Part shown: piece by piece, positions 1 through 11,899 of the stretch
Layout: every line of letters begins with the position of its first letter
How positions within the stretch are numbered: the stretch's first letter is position 1
Assembly: GCA_002189035.1 (NCBI GenBank)
Contig: CM007989.1
Location: 6,634,001 to 6,698,000 of the forward strand
Length of the DNA: 64,000 bases
Reading direction: 5' to 3'
Source of the DNA: Utricularia gibba
Lineage: Eukaryota; Plantae; Magnoliophyta
The notes under the pieces: model-generated
The model's input: only the letters and a program-made list of their open reading frames with translations
Told to the model about the DNA's origin: nothing
Databases searched by the model: none
Position numbers and translations under genes: made by a program

Positions 1-3000
1 TGATTGTAATAACACATTTGACAGTCTTTTTTGACCAATGCCCGAGGCTATCCTTGTTTATCAAAACGCCACCAAAGCTTGGCAACCGCATTTTTTCGTC
101 ACTCTATTCAGGTAGTTTTATGCATCACTTCCTTCTATTTCGTATCTCTCCAGACTTGGATTTTTTTCTGAATTAATGGACTTTCTAATGGATGAAAGAT
201 TCTCTATTTAGTATGTTTCTGAATGTGATGTCCATCTGAAATGGATTTTATGTTTTGTTTGTCACAGGAGCACCTGTGTTTATTTTTTGGACCATTCTTA
301 CTGTCTTGTGACAATTTTTTTATAGATAGTTGTCTCTGGAAAATTGGTTCACAAAATACCAACTCAGGTTTCAGAATCAAAATCTGATAATCATGATGGT
401 AATGCATTTTTCCAAACACCATCTATTGTATTGCATTTTATTGTATATATTGATGTGTAAATTTATATTTTCTTCCTAGGAACAAGACATCCCTTAAAGG
501 CATACTTGGATTACCTTGCTTACCTCTATCAAAAGATGGACCCCCTTCCCGAGCAGGAGAGGTTTGAGGTGAGGACTCCGTCCTAAGTGCCATCTTGATT
601 GTACGTTGTATTATTCTTGTAATCCCATGGCGTTTACTTTACTTTTCATCCTTGTTTTTCTTCTTCCAGCTTGGATACAGAGATTATTTGCAGTCACCGT
701 TGCAAGTAAGTCTCTCACGCTGTTTAAATTTTATTTTAATTTCCTGCTGGTTCTGATCTCTTCATTGTTGCATTTCCCCCCTCCCAAATGTGCAGCCTCT
801 CATGGATAATTTGGAGGCACAGACATATGAAACCTTTGAGAAAGACACTGTAAAGTACATTCAGGTGTGCTTTCCCTGAAAATGCTGATATATTGTGTTA
901 GAACTTCAATAATAGGGTCGTTACGATTTTTTTTTTTTTTTTTTTGTAGCCACTTTACATCGAAGCACTGATAAAATCTGCATTTTCTTTATCTGTTATG
1001 AGTTTTTTTAATATATGAACCATTGATGACAGTACCAACGGGCAGTTGCTAAAGCATTGCTTGATAGGGTTTCAGATGAATCCGCATCCGCAGTGACCAC
1101 TGTACGTGTCTAGCTGTGGTTCTTTGCCTATTTTGTAAGAAGCAGTGATATTAACTTTTTTGTGGCTGCTATGACTTTTTTTGCTGTCTTATATAGGTAC
1201 TGATGGTGGTAGGTGCAGGACGTGGGCCTCTTGTAAGAGCATCGCTACAGGTATATGTATGTTTAGGCAGTTGATATTATGTTGAGGCAGTTTTGCAATT
1301 CTCGTCCTTGCACACTACAGGCTGCAGAGGAGACTGACAGGAAATTAAGAATATATGCCGTGGAGAAAAACCCAAATGCTGTGGTGACGCTCCATGTATG
1401 CTTTTCTTGTCTTGCATATGTGTTAATAAGTTTGTGCCAGCCCATCTGCTATGGAAAAAAGCTACTGATTTCTTTTGAACAGAATCTAGTCAAGATGGAG
1501 GGTTGGGAAAGATATGTCACCATTATCTCCAGTGATATGCGCAGTTGGAATGCTCCAGAGAAAGCTGATATATTGGTATATGTATTTACAGTTTATTAAC
1601 TGTGAGATACCTTCAAACTAAAAACATATCAGTAAGCCATGTTGCTACACTCGGTAATTTTAAATATGGTGTAGGTCAGTGAGCTATTGGGGTCGTTTGG
1701 TGACAATGAGTTGTCGCCTGAGTGTCTAGATGGAGCACAGCGATTCTTAAAGGAAGATGGGATTTCCATTCCGTCATCGTAAGACCCAGCTTTCCTTGTC
1801 TTCTCCGTCTTTTTGTGTAATTAATTGTTTTTTTGTCAAAATTCTGGTAGACATTAGCGTCACACATTTCATGGTTGTGCCTAGGGGACCTGTCATTTTT
1901 AAGTGATTATCCTGAATGAATTTCATAGGTATATGACTGATCATTCTATACTAACATTGGAGTTGGGATTCGCAGTTATACAAGCTTCATTCAACCTGTG
2001 ACAGCGAGCAAGCTTTACAATGATGTAAAATCACTGGCATTTCTATTCATCATGAATCTGATTTACCTGTTGCCGGATCTCTTAGATTTTTTTTTTTTTC
2101 TTTTATGATTCTAAACTGTTTCCTTGAATGATGCAGATCAAGGCTTATAAGGATCTTGCACATTTTGAAACTCCATACGTTGTGAAGCTTCATCGTGTGG
2201 CTAGATATTCACATCCGCAGCCAGTTAGTTGCACCTTCACTCTGTCAATTTTTTCGAATTTGTTTTGACTAATTGGTATCCTAATCTCCCAGGTGTTCAC
2301 TTTTACCCATCCTAGACGCTCTGCTGAAGCGAGCAATGACCGCTATAGGAAGCTTACCTTTGATATTCCTTGTGAAACTGGTTCCACCATGATCCATGGT
2401 ACGTTGTTGGTAGTAATAATAGTAATCTACACTGTAATGGCTTGAATCCCATGTTAGAACCTCAATCATGCACTTTCTCTGGACAAGTTTTTCTTATTCT
2501 TTGTTGACCGTCATAAAGTGCACGCCTGAATTCCACTAACAAACACTGCATTCGTCTTCAGGATTTGCCGGCTACTTTGATGCAACACTCTACAAGGATG
2601 TACACCTTGGTATGGAGCCATCAACGGCTACTCCGAACATGTTCAGCTGGTACGCAAAGCATTTGATTCCATCCTCTGCCATATGTTACTGCGCTATATG
2701 AAGAAAAGCTTGCTGATCGGAAAAAATCGAGCTTCAAACTGTTCTTAAAGCATCTCACTAGACTTTTATTGTAGTTTTTAGCTGTTGGCTGTCCTGCAAA
2801 CAGGTTCCCAATATTTTTCCCTCTGAGGACACCAGTTTGTGCGAGGCCAGGCGCTCCCCTGGAAGTTCATTTCTGGCGTTGCAGTGCATCCACCAAGGTA
2901 TCCCTACTCCCCTCTCCTCCCTGGCCTGTACATCGTAGTTTTTAACAGAGGACTGAAACACGTGCCAGGTGTGGTACGAGTGGTGCGTGTCGTCCCCTTC

Positions 3001-3052
3001 CCCGTCGCCGATACACAACACAAACGGCCGCTCTTACTGGGTGGGACTCTAG
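1..3052 (+). CDS. PRMT5: Protein arginine N-methyltransferase 5 (5'-truncated, multi-exon)
   Basis: Exons joined at GT-AG sites give [45 protein letters not shown] (SAM motif I), [60 protein letters not shown] and VWYEW...NGRSYWVGL*. Stop TAG at 3050-3052. Confidence 0.97.
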
Positions 3053-3809
3053 GCGTTTGCCATGAGGCGAGATCCCTCCCGAATGCTCGGCTGTGTTATC
3101 TGTTTTAGTTGGCAGGTGAGCTCACATTGCTTCCTTGTCACTAATATACCTGATACGGCGTCTGCAGCTTGATAGGCTGGAGAAGTAGATGACTGCACGC
3201 TCGCTCGCATTAGCGCACTGCACTACCGGTTTCGCTTCTTTATTTCCTCGAGCGACTCATTTGTTTAGGATACGTTGGGCATGTTTTTGTTTCTTATTTT
3301 TCATTTTCAAAAATAGAAATTAATGGTTTTGTAGGATGTTATTTATATCTATTTCTACAGAAAATGTTTCTATAAATTTGTATTAGAAACTAAAACTAGG
3401 TATGCTGTATTTTTGAAAATGATTTCCATTTTTATAAATTACAGCATATTTTTGCATGTTATTTTTATTTCTCATTCTATTTTATTTTTAAAAATTGCGT
3501 CACGGCTGATCGTATTTAGGAGACGATCCCTTTTGGTAAAAAAACAAATATGAATTAGAAATATAGTTATGTAACATAAATTGTATGATAAAAATTATTA
3601 TTTATAATATAAGCTTTTTAATTTAATGTGTAATAAAGAGTGTACGGTAGATTATTTTTTCAAATGACCCTAGAAGAGAACTAATGAATCACTTCATTTT
3701 GAGACCAGGTCTCCGATAATCATGTAATAATTTGTGGTTTCCCAAACTCTTGTGGTTTGACAAACGCTTCTAATATATAAATTTTACTTTTCGGACAAAG
3801 AAAAGATGC

Positions 3810-5100
3810 TGCTTGAGGCCGAGTCACGAGGAAGGTGATGTAAAACGTATTAACAAACAGATTGATGCTGATCTTCGTAAAGACCTTGAGGAAGCTGCTT
3901 GAGACCGAAGGCATGGTGATTCCTCTGCTTCTGAAACTGAGGATTTAGATATTGAGCCGGAGAAACGAAGAAGGGACCTGCCTCAGCCTCAGACACACAG
4001 GAGAGTTAAGAGGCATAGTTCCTCATCTGGCACTGATTTTGAATCGGGATCGAAAACTTACTCTCAGGGCAAGAACAGGTCAAATCGCAGGTGTTGTGAT
4101 ACAGGTGATGCTGATGACTCTGGAAGAGAAACAAGAACCAGAAAGTAAAGGCTTTCATCTTCAAAACATAAAAATGATAAGGGTTATGATCATCAACCTA
4201 AGAATAGGAGAGCCAAGTTCAGGAGCCACTCCATTGTTGACTCAGAAGAACATGATGAAAAACAAGCCTGGAGGGGGAACAAGAGAGGTGGAAATGATGG
4301 TCGGAATTCACAGGAAAAAGAAACCATAAACAGCAAGATGCAGCGCTATGATTCTGATGATGATTTCTATGCCACTAAATCTGGCAAGCATGGTGATGAT
4401 TTAGCAGAGACAGGTCGTGAGAGGCATACTCTTAAGATAAAAACAAGATAGAGGAATTTGGCGCGCTCAGGAAGTTGGGTCTAGAAAAAATGAAAACATG
4501 GAAAAAGCTCAGAAGAGAGGTCGACATGAAAGTAGGGCTGAGCAGGCACAAGGCGAGTCTAGAAGACAATAAACAGTCTGGTAAGGATGGGATTGGTGGT
4601 GGGAATGAGCTCCGAAATGAAAAAAGCAAAGAGTTTCACAACTATGAATCTCATGGTGATATAGAAGATCGTCATGGAAGAAAGTATGAGATAGATGATC
4701 ACGAGATGCGCCATAAGGGACACAAAGAACGAGAAAGGGAATATGAAAATGATGCAGGCAAGAAGATGTGTCTCATAGTAGAACAGAAAGAGATGATGTA
4801 GAGTATTGAAGCATGAGAAGGATGGGGATGACATTCCCTATCAGAGACACAGTGAGCATGGAAGAGAGGGTGACTTTAAAGGTGACAGAAATAGGGAGCA
4901 CGGTTCAAAGAGAAGCAGCCAAGAGGATTCATCTCCTGGTACAAGAGGACAGGGAGATGATCCTGAAGACCACCACAAGTTACATAGAGAACACGCCAGG
5001 GAAGATGAGAATGATATGAAGGTCCCAACAGGAGCAGGCAGGGCATAAAGAAATACCTCATTGCGGAAGAAGGCACAAAGAAGATCACCTGGATAAACAA
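3810..5100 (+). pseudogene. Decayed exon of a D/E/K/R/H/S-rich low-complexity protein
   Basis: One frame reads KRINKQIDADLRKDLEEAA*DRRHGDSSASE...RTRK*RLSSSK...QRYDSDDDF through scattered stops, then shifts into ORFs 4475-4801 and 4806-5048 of the same composition. Purine-rich; no start exon found. Confidence 0.6.
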
Positions 5101-6801
5101 ACAGTCTCACTAATTTCATCCATCACACCGAATGTCAATCCAATGCTTTTTTAGTAATCTTCTCCTTTTTTTTCCCCTTGTAGGCCTCCCTCCCATTGTG
5201 TACCATGGAAGTTCAACTCTTTGGCAGCTGCTCCTGCACAAGTTCCCAATGTATTGGAGTGTCATGTCAATTTTACTTTATTTCTGAAAATTTAGTTACT
5301 AAATTTTCATTTTATTTATAACTATTTACATAACACAAATTATTTTCGAAAATTTAAGGTATCATCTTTATTATGTCCATTTTAATGAATTTTCATAATG
5401 GAAATGAAAATTCTATTCAATGAAAATCCAAAAACTTCCATTAAAACTTAATAAACGAAATGAAAGTGACACGTAAACTTCCGTAAAAACCATTGAAAAT
5501 GCTCTAAAAACTCCAACTCATCTTTATCTTTCTAAAACAGCCTGATGCATCATGGTTTCATCACGCAGCTCTGTTGGCATTCCGATACATACATGATCCC
5601 ATCATGCTGTTGGGTCATGCCTATCTTTTCTGCTAAGTTGAAAAACGGTAGCTTCCACTGAACCCGACCCGGTTCAGTCATCAAGTGGAATGCGGTGTGA
5701 TCCAGTGGGTGAAGTCAAAAGGAAAATATTCTGGCATTTATTAAGCGTAAGCTCTACTCTTGCATTTTCTATGGTGATGAATCTTAGTTCGATTTCCCCG
5801 GATACGCATACGTGTCAAAGTCCACCCTAGATTCTGTTGTTACAAAAAGCTGGAAAAAAAAAGAGGTTTTGTACTCTTTATTCTTTTTAAAATACAATTC
5901 GATAATATTTGTTAATAAAATTAATTGTAATATATTTGATATAATTATGACAAATTTTACAAAAATAATTTTGTTGTTAAATATTAAATTTTTTATTTAA
6001 AAAATCTAGTAAATGAAAATTGTGATGAGTTAATTTTTAAAAGAAAATTACAAGGTAAACATCTCAAATTTTGATCAATATAAAGATTAATTCTCAAATT
6101 TTAAAATTATAAAAAAATTTAAATCCAACAAAATTTTGTGCTAAAACTTTTTGTATTTACATATGGAGTTTATCAAATTGAATGATATCTTTATTAAGGT
6201 TATATAACATTTGTGTTTCATATAATTCAAAATAAAAATGAGTATATCGTATTTGCATTTGCGTCTTGTGTAATGTATCATTATAATATTGTTAAAATCA
6301 AAATTGATTAGTTTTGATAATATGAAAAGTTAAATATACAATTTCATAAATTCGAGGATAAATTATTTACAAAAAACAAAATTTAAATGTATATGATGCA
6401 ATATTGAGATTTAAAGTTTAAATTATTTATAATGACTGTAAATTGCAGTTCCACCGACAAAATCGACCCTAATTTTTAATTAGTTTTTGTTTTATCAGAA
6501 TTATTTTCGAAAAATATTTTTCAATAAGCGATTTTAATGAACGTTTTTTTTTTTTTTTGCGCTCCAATACACCAGATGGTTATGTGTTGTTCTTAATGGC
6601 GTAATTCCACCCTAATTACAATAATTACCCCCAGGCGCGCATTATTTCAAAGCTGCGCTTGAAGCATAATCAACTCCTACGCTTGAAAAAACAAAGAAAA
6701 CACTCGCAATTAGCGCCGTAATTAGGAGATAATTAATCCACTTGACTAAAGCGCATGCGCCGGAGGAAGCTCTTCTTCTACAAACAACTCCGGGGATCCC
6801 C

Positions 6802-8276
6802 ATGCCGCCCCTCAGAATGGACGCCGCCGCCTCCGCCGCCCCAAAACTGAAGAGGGCCTCCGGCATGGGCTCAACCTCAACGCAGTTTTCTCCTTCTGTC
6901 TCCTCGTTGTGTTCTTCATCGTCCCCGCCATGGTCCTCATGCGCACGCCCGCATCGGGGGCTGATCTTTGCTCCCACGTGGCTACCGAGGTGAAGCCCTG
7001 GTCCGGTGACCTCCGCGAAGCTGAATTCGCGTGGAACAAGCTTAAGTTCCCCGATTTTGGGGCGCCGCCGGTTTCGCTGCGGATAGCGGTTTTCTCGAGG
7101 AAGTGGCCAACGAGCTCGACGCCTGGAGGTATGGAGCGCCACGCGAAAACCCTTTATACGGCGCTGGCGGAGCGGGGGCACCGCGTCCATGTCTTCACTT
7201 CTCCGCCGTTCAATAAGTCGGCGGTCACGTCGGTGAATCCGGTCATCCACTGGTACCCTGGGGAACCGGATCGATGGCTGCCGAGTAAGGCGTGGGAGAT
7301 TTTTGAGGAAGAGCATCAATTGGGTTTATTCGACGTGATTCACTCGGAGAGCGTCGCCCTCCCCTTCTGGCTCGCGGAGGGGTTGAAGAATTTGGCCGTT
7401 TCCTGGCACGGCATCGCCCTCGAAAGCGTCCAATCGAGCATTTATCAGGATTTGGCTCGGAACTCCGGCGAACCCAGATCCGCCGATTTCTCGAAAAGCC
7501 TCGAGGATTCGATTCCCAAGGTTTTGAACGAGATCAGGTTCTTCGCCAAGTACGCCCACCATATCGCGATTACAGACAGCTGCGGCGAAATGTTGAGAGA
7601 CGTGTACCAAATCCCGTCCGAGAGAGTCCATGTGATTCTCAATGGCGTCAACGATGAAGATTTTGTATCCGATTCTGAGTCGGGGAAGAAGCTCAGATCC
7701 GACATCGGCATCCCCAAAAACGCCTCCCTAGTTCTGGGGATAGCCGGGAGACTAGTGAGGGACAAGGGCCACCCTCTGCTCTTCGAAGCCTTCTCCAAGT
7801 TCAGAATCAAACACCCCAACGTGTACCTAATCGTGGCTGGGTCTGGTCCCTGGGAGAACAGATACAAGGAGATCGGCTCCCAGGTCCTGGTTCTGGGCTC
7901 CATGAATCCGACGCAGCTACGCGCCTTTTACAACGCGATCGACATTTTCGTGAACCCCACTCTCCGGCCACAGGGGCTCGATCTAACTCTGATGGAGGCG
8001 ATGATGACCGGGAAGCCTGTGATGGCCTCACGGTTCCCAAGCATCAAGGGGAGCCTCATCGTGGACGATGAGTTCGGGTTCATGTTTTCCCCTAACGCCG
8101 ATTCCCTGTACAAAACCCTGGAAGCTGCCCTGGCGGAGGGTCCCCGCAGGTTAGCTCAGAGAGGGCAGGCCTGCAGGAGGTACGCCGGCTCCATGTTCAC
8201 CGCCAGGAAGATGGCTGTTGCCTATGAGAGATTGTTTCTCTGCATCAGTAATTCCAAGTACTGCTCCTTTCCATGA
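6802..8276 (+). CDS. GT4-family (GT-B) glycosyltransferase, copy A, intronless, with an apparent 1-nt frameshift near the 5' end
   Basis: Motifs RIAVFSRKWP..PGGMERHA, HSES, SWHG, NGV, AGRL..DKG and RPQGLDLTLMEAM. ATG 6802 (MPPLR..., matching copy B) is out of frame with the main ORF, which carries the hydrophobic anchor LNAVFSFCLLVVFFIVPAMVL. Confidence 0.9.
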
Positions 8277-9076
8277 TCACCTCCTCCATTGTGCATTTTT
8301 CCCTGCACTATTTTCCGACAAGGCACCCGAACCCGAACCCGTATTTGCCTTAACCGGTTTGAATGGGATCCCGGTTAGATTCTCCCCAAAACCATCCATC
8401 CCGCCGCATAAATAAATAATCTTTAGAAAATTACGAAAAATCGATCAAAAATTTCCAAACCCTAAAATCTAAGGATGTGTGTTGTTAAGATATTTTAATT
8501 TATTAGATATAATTAAATTATTTTTATTTTCTCTCTTTTTCTAATTTATCAAAAAAGGTTGTCAGTTCATTTCATCTAAAATAATTATTTTATTATAATA
8601 AATATAAAGCTAATTATTTAAAATTACAACCTAATTTTTTTATTATAAAAAATAATATACTTCAATTCATATACCAAACAGTACCTTCTCATACACGTTT
8701 CTCTCACACGTTTTAGGGCTCTCCTTTTGCACTCAATTTCCATTTTTTTTAGGGCTCTCCTTTGACCTAAGGTTTTTTGAGCTACGGTCTTCCATTATTT
8801 ATATATTGTTTTTTTAATATTTTATTTAGGTTGAAAAAATAATAAATTGATTGATAAAAAGGATAAAATAAAAATGATATTGAGAGGAAAAATAAGTTTA
8901 TGAGTAAAAATAGGTTTTTATTTCATAATGATTTAAATTAAATAATACATAATTTGTCATATTAAATAACACACTTATCACTTATGTTATTTACGAAACC
9001 ACCCCCATCTCTTAAACCAAAACCACGAATTTAGATCCTCATCCGTACACCCTTTCCAGAGATGGATCCGCTAACC

Positions 9077-9134
9077 TGCATGGATGACACGTGGATGACA
9101 TGAAGCTGAACACGTGTCGGTTAGCCACTATAAG
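9077..9134 (+). promoter_or_regulatory. Seed/ABA-type promoter module: RY-like element, two ABRE/G-boxes and a TATA box
   Basis: TGCATG at 9077-9082, CACGTG at 9088-9093 (GACACGTGG) and 9111-9116 (AACACGTGTC), TATAAG at 9129-9134, directly upstream of the LEA ATG at 9168. Confidence 0.75.
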
Positions 9135-9167
9135 AAAACGCTGGAGTGTTTGCCACCCTGCCGGAAA

Positions 9168-9566
9168 ATGCATTCAGCCAAACAGAAAGCCAAGGACGCG
9201 GCGGCGGTCGCGGCGGAGCACGTCGAGATTGCCAAAGCCAAAGCCGAGGAGAAGGTCAGCATCTCTCTCTCTCTCTCTCTCTCTCTATTCCTTTTTATTA
9301 AGCTACGAAACCCTAACGTTTGGGCACTTGGGAATTTTTCGTAACAGGCGCAGAAAGCCGTGGCGCGGAGCAAGACCGATAAGGAGATAGCGGAAGAGAT
9401 GCGGAAGGCGAGAGAAGCCGAGGCGAAGATGAAGATGCACGATGCTAAAGCTAGGCACGCCGAAGAGAAACTCACCGGCAACCGCCACCACGTCACCGCG
9501 GCGCCGACTCATCCCGGCGCCACCGCCCCGCCTCAGGGCTCTACTGCGTCTGCCCCGTACAAGTAA
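9168..9566 (+). CDS. Late embryogenesis abundant protein, group 4 (LEA_1/D-113 type), 2 exons, about 101 aa
   Basis: MHSAKQKAKDAAAVAAEHVEIAKAKAEEK|AQKAVARSKTDKEIAEEMRKAREAEAKMKMHDAKARHAEEK plus a Pro/Ala/His-rich tail. GT-AG intron 9255-9347. Confidence 0.93.
9262..9286. repeat. (TC)n microsatellite in the LEA intron
   Basis: About 12 TC units read directly. Confidence 0.9.
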
Positions 9567-10160
9567 ATGTGTCAAATGCACAAGACCGCTGTACAGCCGA
9601 TGCTGTGTTTGTGTGTGTGGTATATAATACGTATTTAAAATATTTCTTATATAAATAAAATATTTTACGTAATAAGCTAATATATATGTATATATATATA
9701 TAATTTTAATAGGTAATAAATTATATTAATTTTTCAAAGTCAACATGAGCGAGATTGGGTGACGGTTTTCTGTTATTTAAACAGTTGGCCATTACTATAA
9801 ACGTCTTTGGCTATAAATAGATAGACAGCTCCCATCTAGACATGCAAATTAATTCATATTTATTTGGAAACGTTAATGAAGCGAAGTCAACCCTGGCTGC
9901 CCACCGTCCGTTTCTCTCCCCCCAGGAATCTGGAAGATCGACGGCTGTAATCACCCCAAGGACCCTTACTGACTCGCGAGGGTAACTTTTACCTTTCACG
10001 AAATTGTCTTACAACTGTTGTTTAATACTGGGAAATTAATTATTTTTTATTAAGATGAAATTTATTTTTGAATTATCCTAATGTTGAAAATGGTATTTGT
10101 TTTATTATTTCTTTTTAGTTCATGCGTTTGCAGTAGAGAGTGCTGCTTCAGGTTGTGCAT

Positions 10161-11639
10161 ATGCAGCAGGAGCCGGAACTGCCAGAGGTGTTCCGGAACC
10201 CCATGCCGCCACTACGGTTAGGCGCCGCCGCAGCCAAGCTGAGAAGGCCTCCGACGTTGGGCCCTGATCACAAGTTTGCTTTCACCCTCGTTGGGCTCCT
10301 TCTTTTATCCGTGTCCATCGTCCTCCTCCTCCGATCTCCCCCCAGAGAATGCAACTGTCTCAGTTCCTCTCCGGGAGGAAGCCCGCGGTCCGGCGACCTC
10401 CGCCTCGTTGACTTCGCCTTGAATCGGCTCAATTTAACGGGATCAACGCCGCCGCCGGAGGCTCTGCGGATCGCTGTTTTTTCAAAAAATTGGCCGGTGT
10501 CGACGCTCCACACCGCCCTCGCTAGCCGCGGCCACTACGTCCACGTCTTCACGTCCCCTCCGATCAACCAAATCGCTAAAACAACAAAATCCCCCAATTT
10601 AATCATCCACTGGAACGACGGGGAGCCGGAAAAGTGGCATTACGATCAGGCGTGGGAGCAATTTCAAGAAGAGGACCGCCGCAAGAAATTTGACGTCATC
10701 CACTCCGACGGCGTGGCGCTCCCGTTCTGGATCGCGCAAGGGGTCCAAAACGTCGCCGTTTCGTGGCACGCGTTAGCCCTAGAAACCGTGCAATCGATTA
10801 TCTACCAGGATCTGGCCCTGAGATCCGACACGCCGCCGTCGCCGGAGTTCACGCGAGCGCTCGAGGAATCCATTCCTAAGGTCCTCGACGAGATCAAATT
10901 CTTCTCCAAGTACGCCAATCACATCGCCATGACGGACAGCTCCGGAGAAATCCTCAGAGATGTTTATCAGATCCCTTCTGAGCGAGTTCATGTCATCTAC
11001 AACGGCGTCGAAGACAAGGACTTCCGCAAGGACTCGTCACTGGGAAAAAAATTCAGGTCCCTTGTAGGCATCCCGACGAACGCCTCTCTCGTCTTGGGAA
11101 CAGCCGGCAAATTGGCAAGAGACAAAGGCCACCCATTGCTCTTCAAAGCCTTCTCCAAACTGAAGCTGAAGCACCCAGACGTGTACTTGATGGTGGCCGG
11201 CTCCGGTCCCTGGAAAAACAAGTACAGGCGCCTGGGTTCCCAAGTCGTCGTCCTGGAATCCCCGAAGCCAGATCAACTGCAAGCCTTCTACAACGCGATG
11301 GACGTGTTCGTGAATCCGACACTGAGACCGCAAGACCTGGATTCCATGATGATAGAGGCCATGATGACCGGGAAGCCCCTGGTAGCGTCGAGGTTCCCGA
11401 GCATCAAGAGGACCGTCGTCCCTGATGGTGAAATGGGGTTCCTGTTTGCTCCAAACGTGGAGTCTCTCCACAACGCTCTGGAGCTGATTGTCCGCGACGG
11501 TGCGCGGAGGCTGGAGCAGCGAGGCGCAGCCTGTGCCAGGTACGCACGCTCGGTGCTCACCGCCGCCAAGACGGTGCTTGCCTATGAAAGATTATTCTCC
11601 TGCATTGCCTATCCAACACGACGCTGTACATTCCCTTGA
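10161..11639 (+). CDS. GT4-family glycosyltransferase, copy B, intronless and divergent (start at 10161 or 10203)
   Basis: Colinear paralogue of copy A (RIAVFSKNWP, HYDQAWE, DEIKFFSKYANHIA, RDKGHPLLF, FVNPTLRPQ, ASRFPSI, AYERLF) with an N-terminal hydrophobic anchor. Lacks 11 residues including GGMERHA. Confidence 0.88.
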   Translation: MQQEPELPEVFRNPMPPLRLGAAAAKLRRPPTLGPDHKFAFTLVGLLLLSVSIVLLLRSPPRECNCLSSSPGGSPRSGDLRLVDFALNRLNLTGSTPPPEALRIAVFSKNWPVSTLHTALASRGHYVHVFTSPPINQIAKTTKSPNLIIHWNDGEPEKWHYDQAWEQFQEEDRRKKFDVIHSDGVALPFWIAQGVQNVAVSWHALALETVQSIIYQDLALRSDTPPSPEFTRALEESIPKVLDEIKFFSKYANHIAMTDSSGEILRDVYQIPSERVHVIYNGVEDKDFRKDSSLGKKFRSLVGIPTNASLVLGTAGKLARDKGHPLLFKAFSKLKLKHPDVYLMVAGSGPWKNKYRRLGSQVVVLESPKPDQLQAFYNAMDVFVNPTLRPQDLDSMMIEAMMTGKPLVASRFPSIKRTVVPDGEMGFLFAPNVESLHNALELIVRDGARRLEQRGAACARYARSVLTAAKTVLAYERLFSCIAYPTRRCTFP

Positions 11640-11899
11640 AGTTAAATTGAGAGGAGTCTGTTTTTTTACATTTCATTTTTACTTTTTTTTATTATTATTT
11701 TAATGATATTTTATTTTCATAACTTTTCTTTATTTTTATTAATATTTTCAAAGTTGTTTGTTTAAATTCCAATAATTTCGTGGGAAATTACCAAAATTAA
11801 TGCTTTCTTTGTACGAAATTGTTTATTTCAAATTGAAACCTTATAGTTTTTTTTTTATTTTTGATTAGAAACTTCTTGATGATCACACATCTTAAAATT

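Noticed and set aside
3701-3713. GAGACC-A-GGTCTC, back-to-back BsaI sites as in a Golden Gate cassette
   Set aside because: Isolated 13-bp palindrome with no vector, promoter or sgRNA scaffold around it; compatible with chance.
5657-5678. 8-bp hairpin ACTGAACC/GGTTCAGT and a nearby C-box-like GTGATGA
   Set aside because: Too short for a miRNA precursor and no paired D box at a suitable distance.
6642-8113. Long minus-strand ORFs (225, 152, 101 aa) over GT4 copy A, and similar ones over copy B
   Set aside because: Shadow ORFs expected opposite GC-rich, codon-biased coding DNA; no domain signal.
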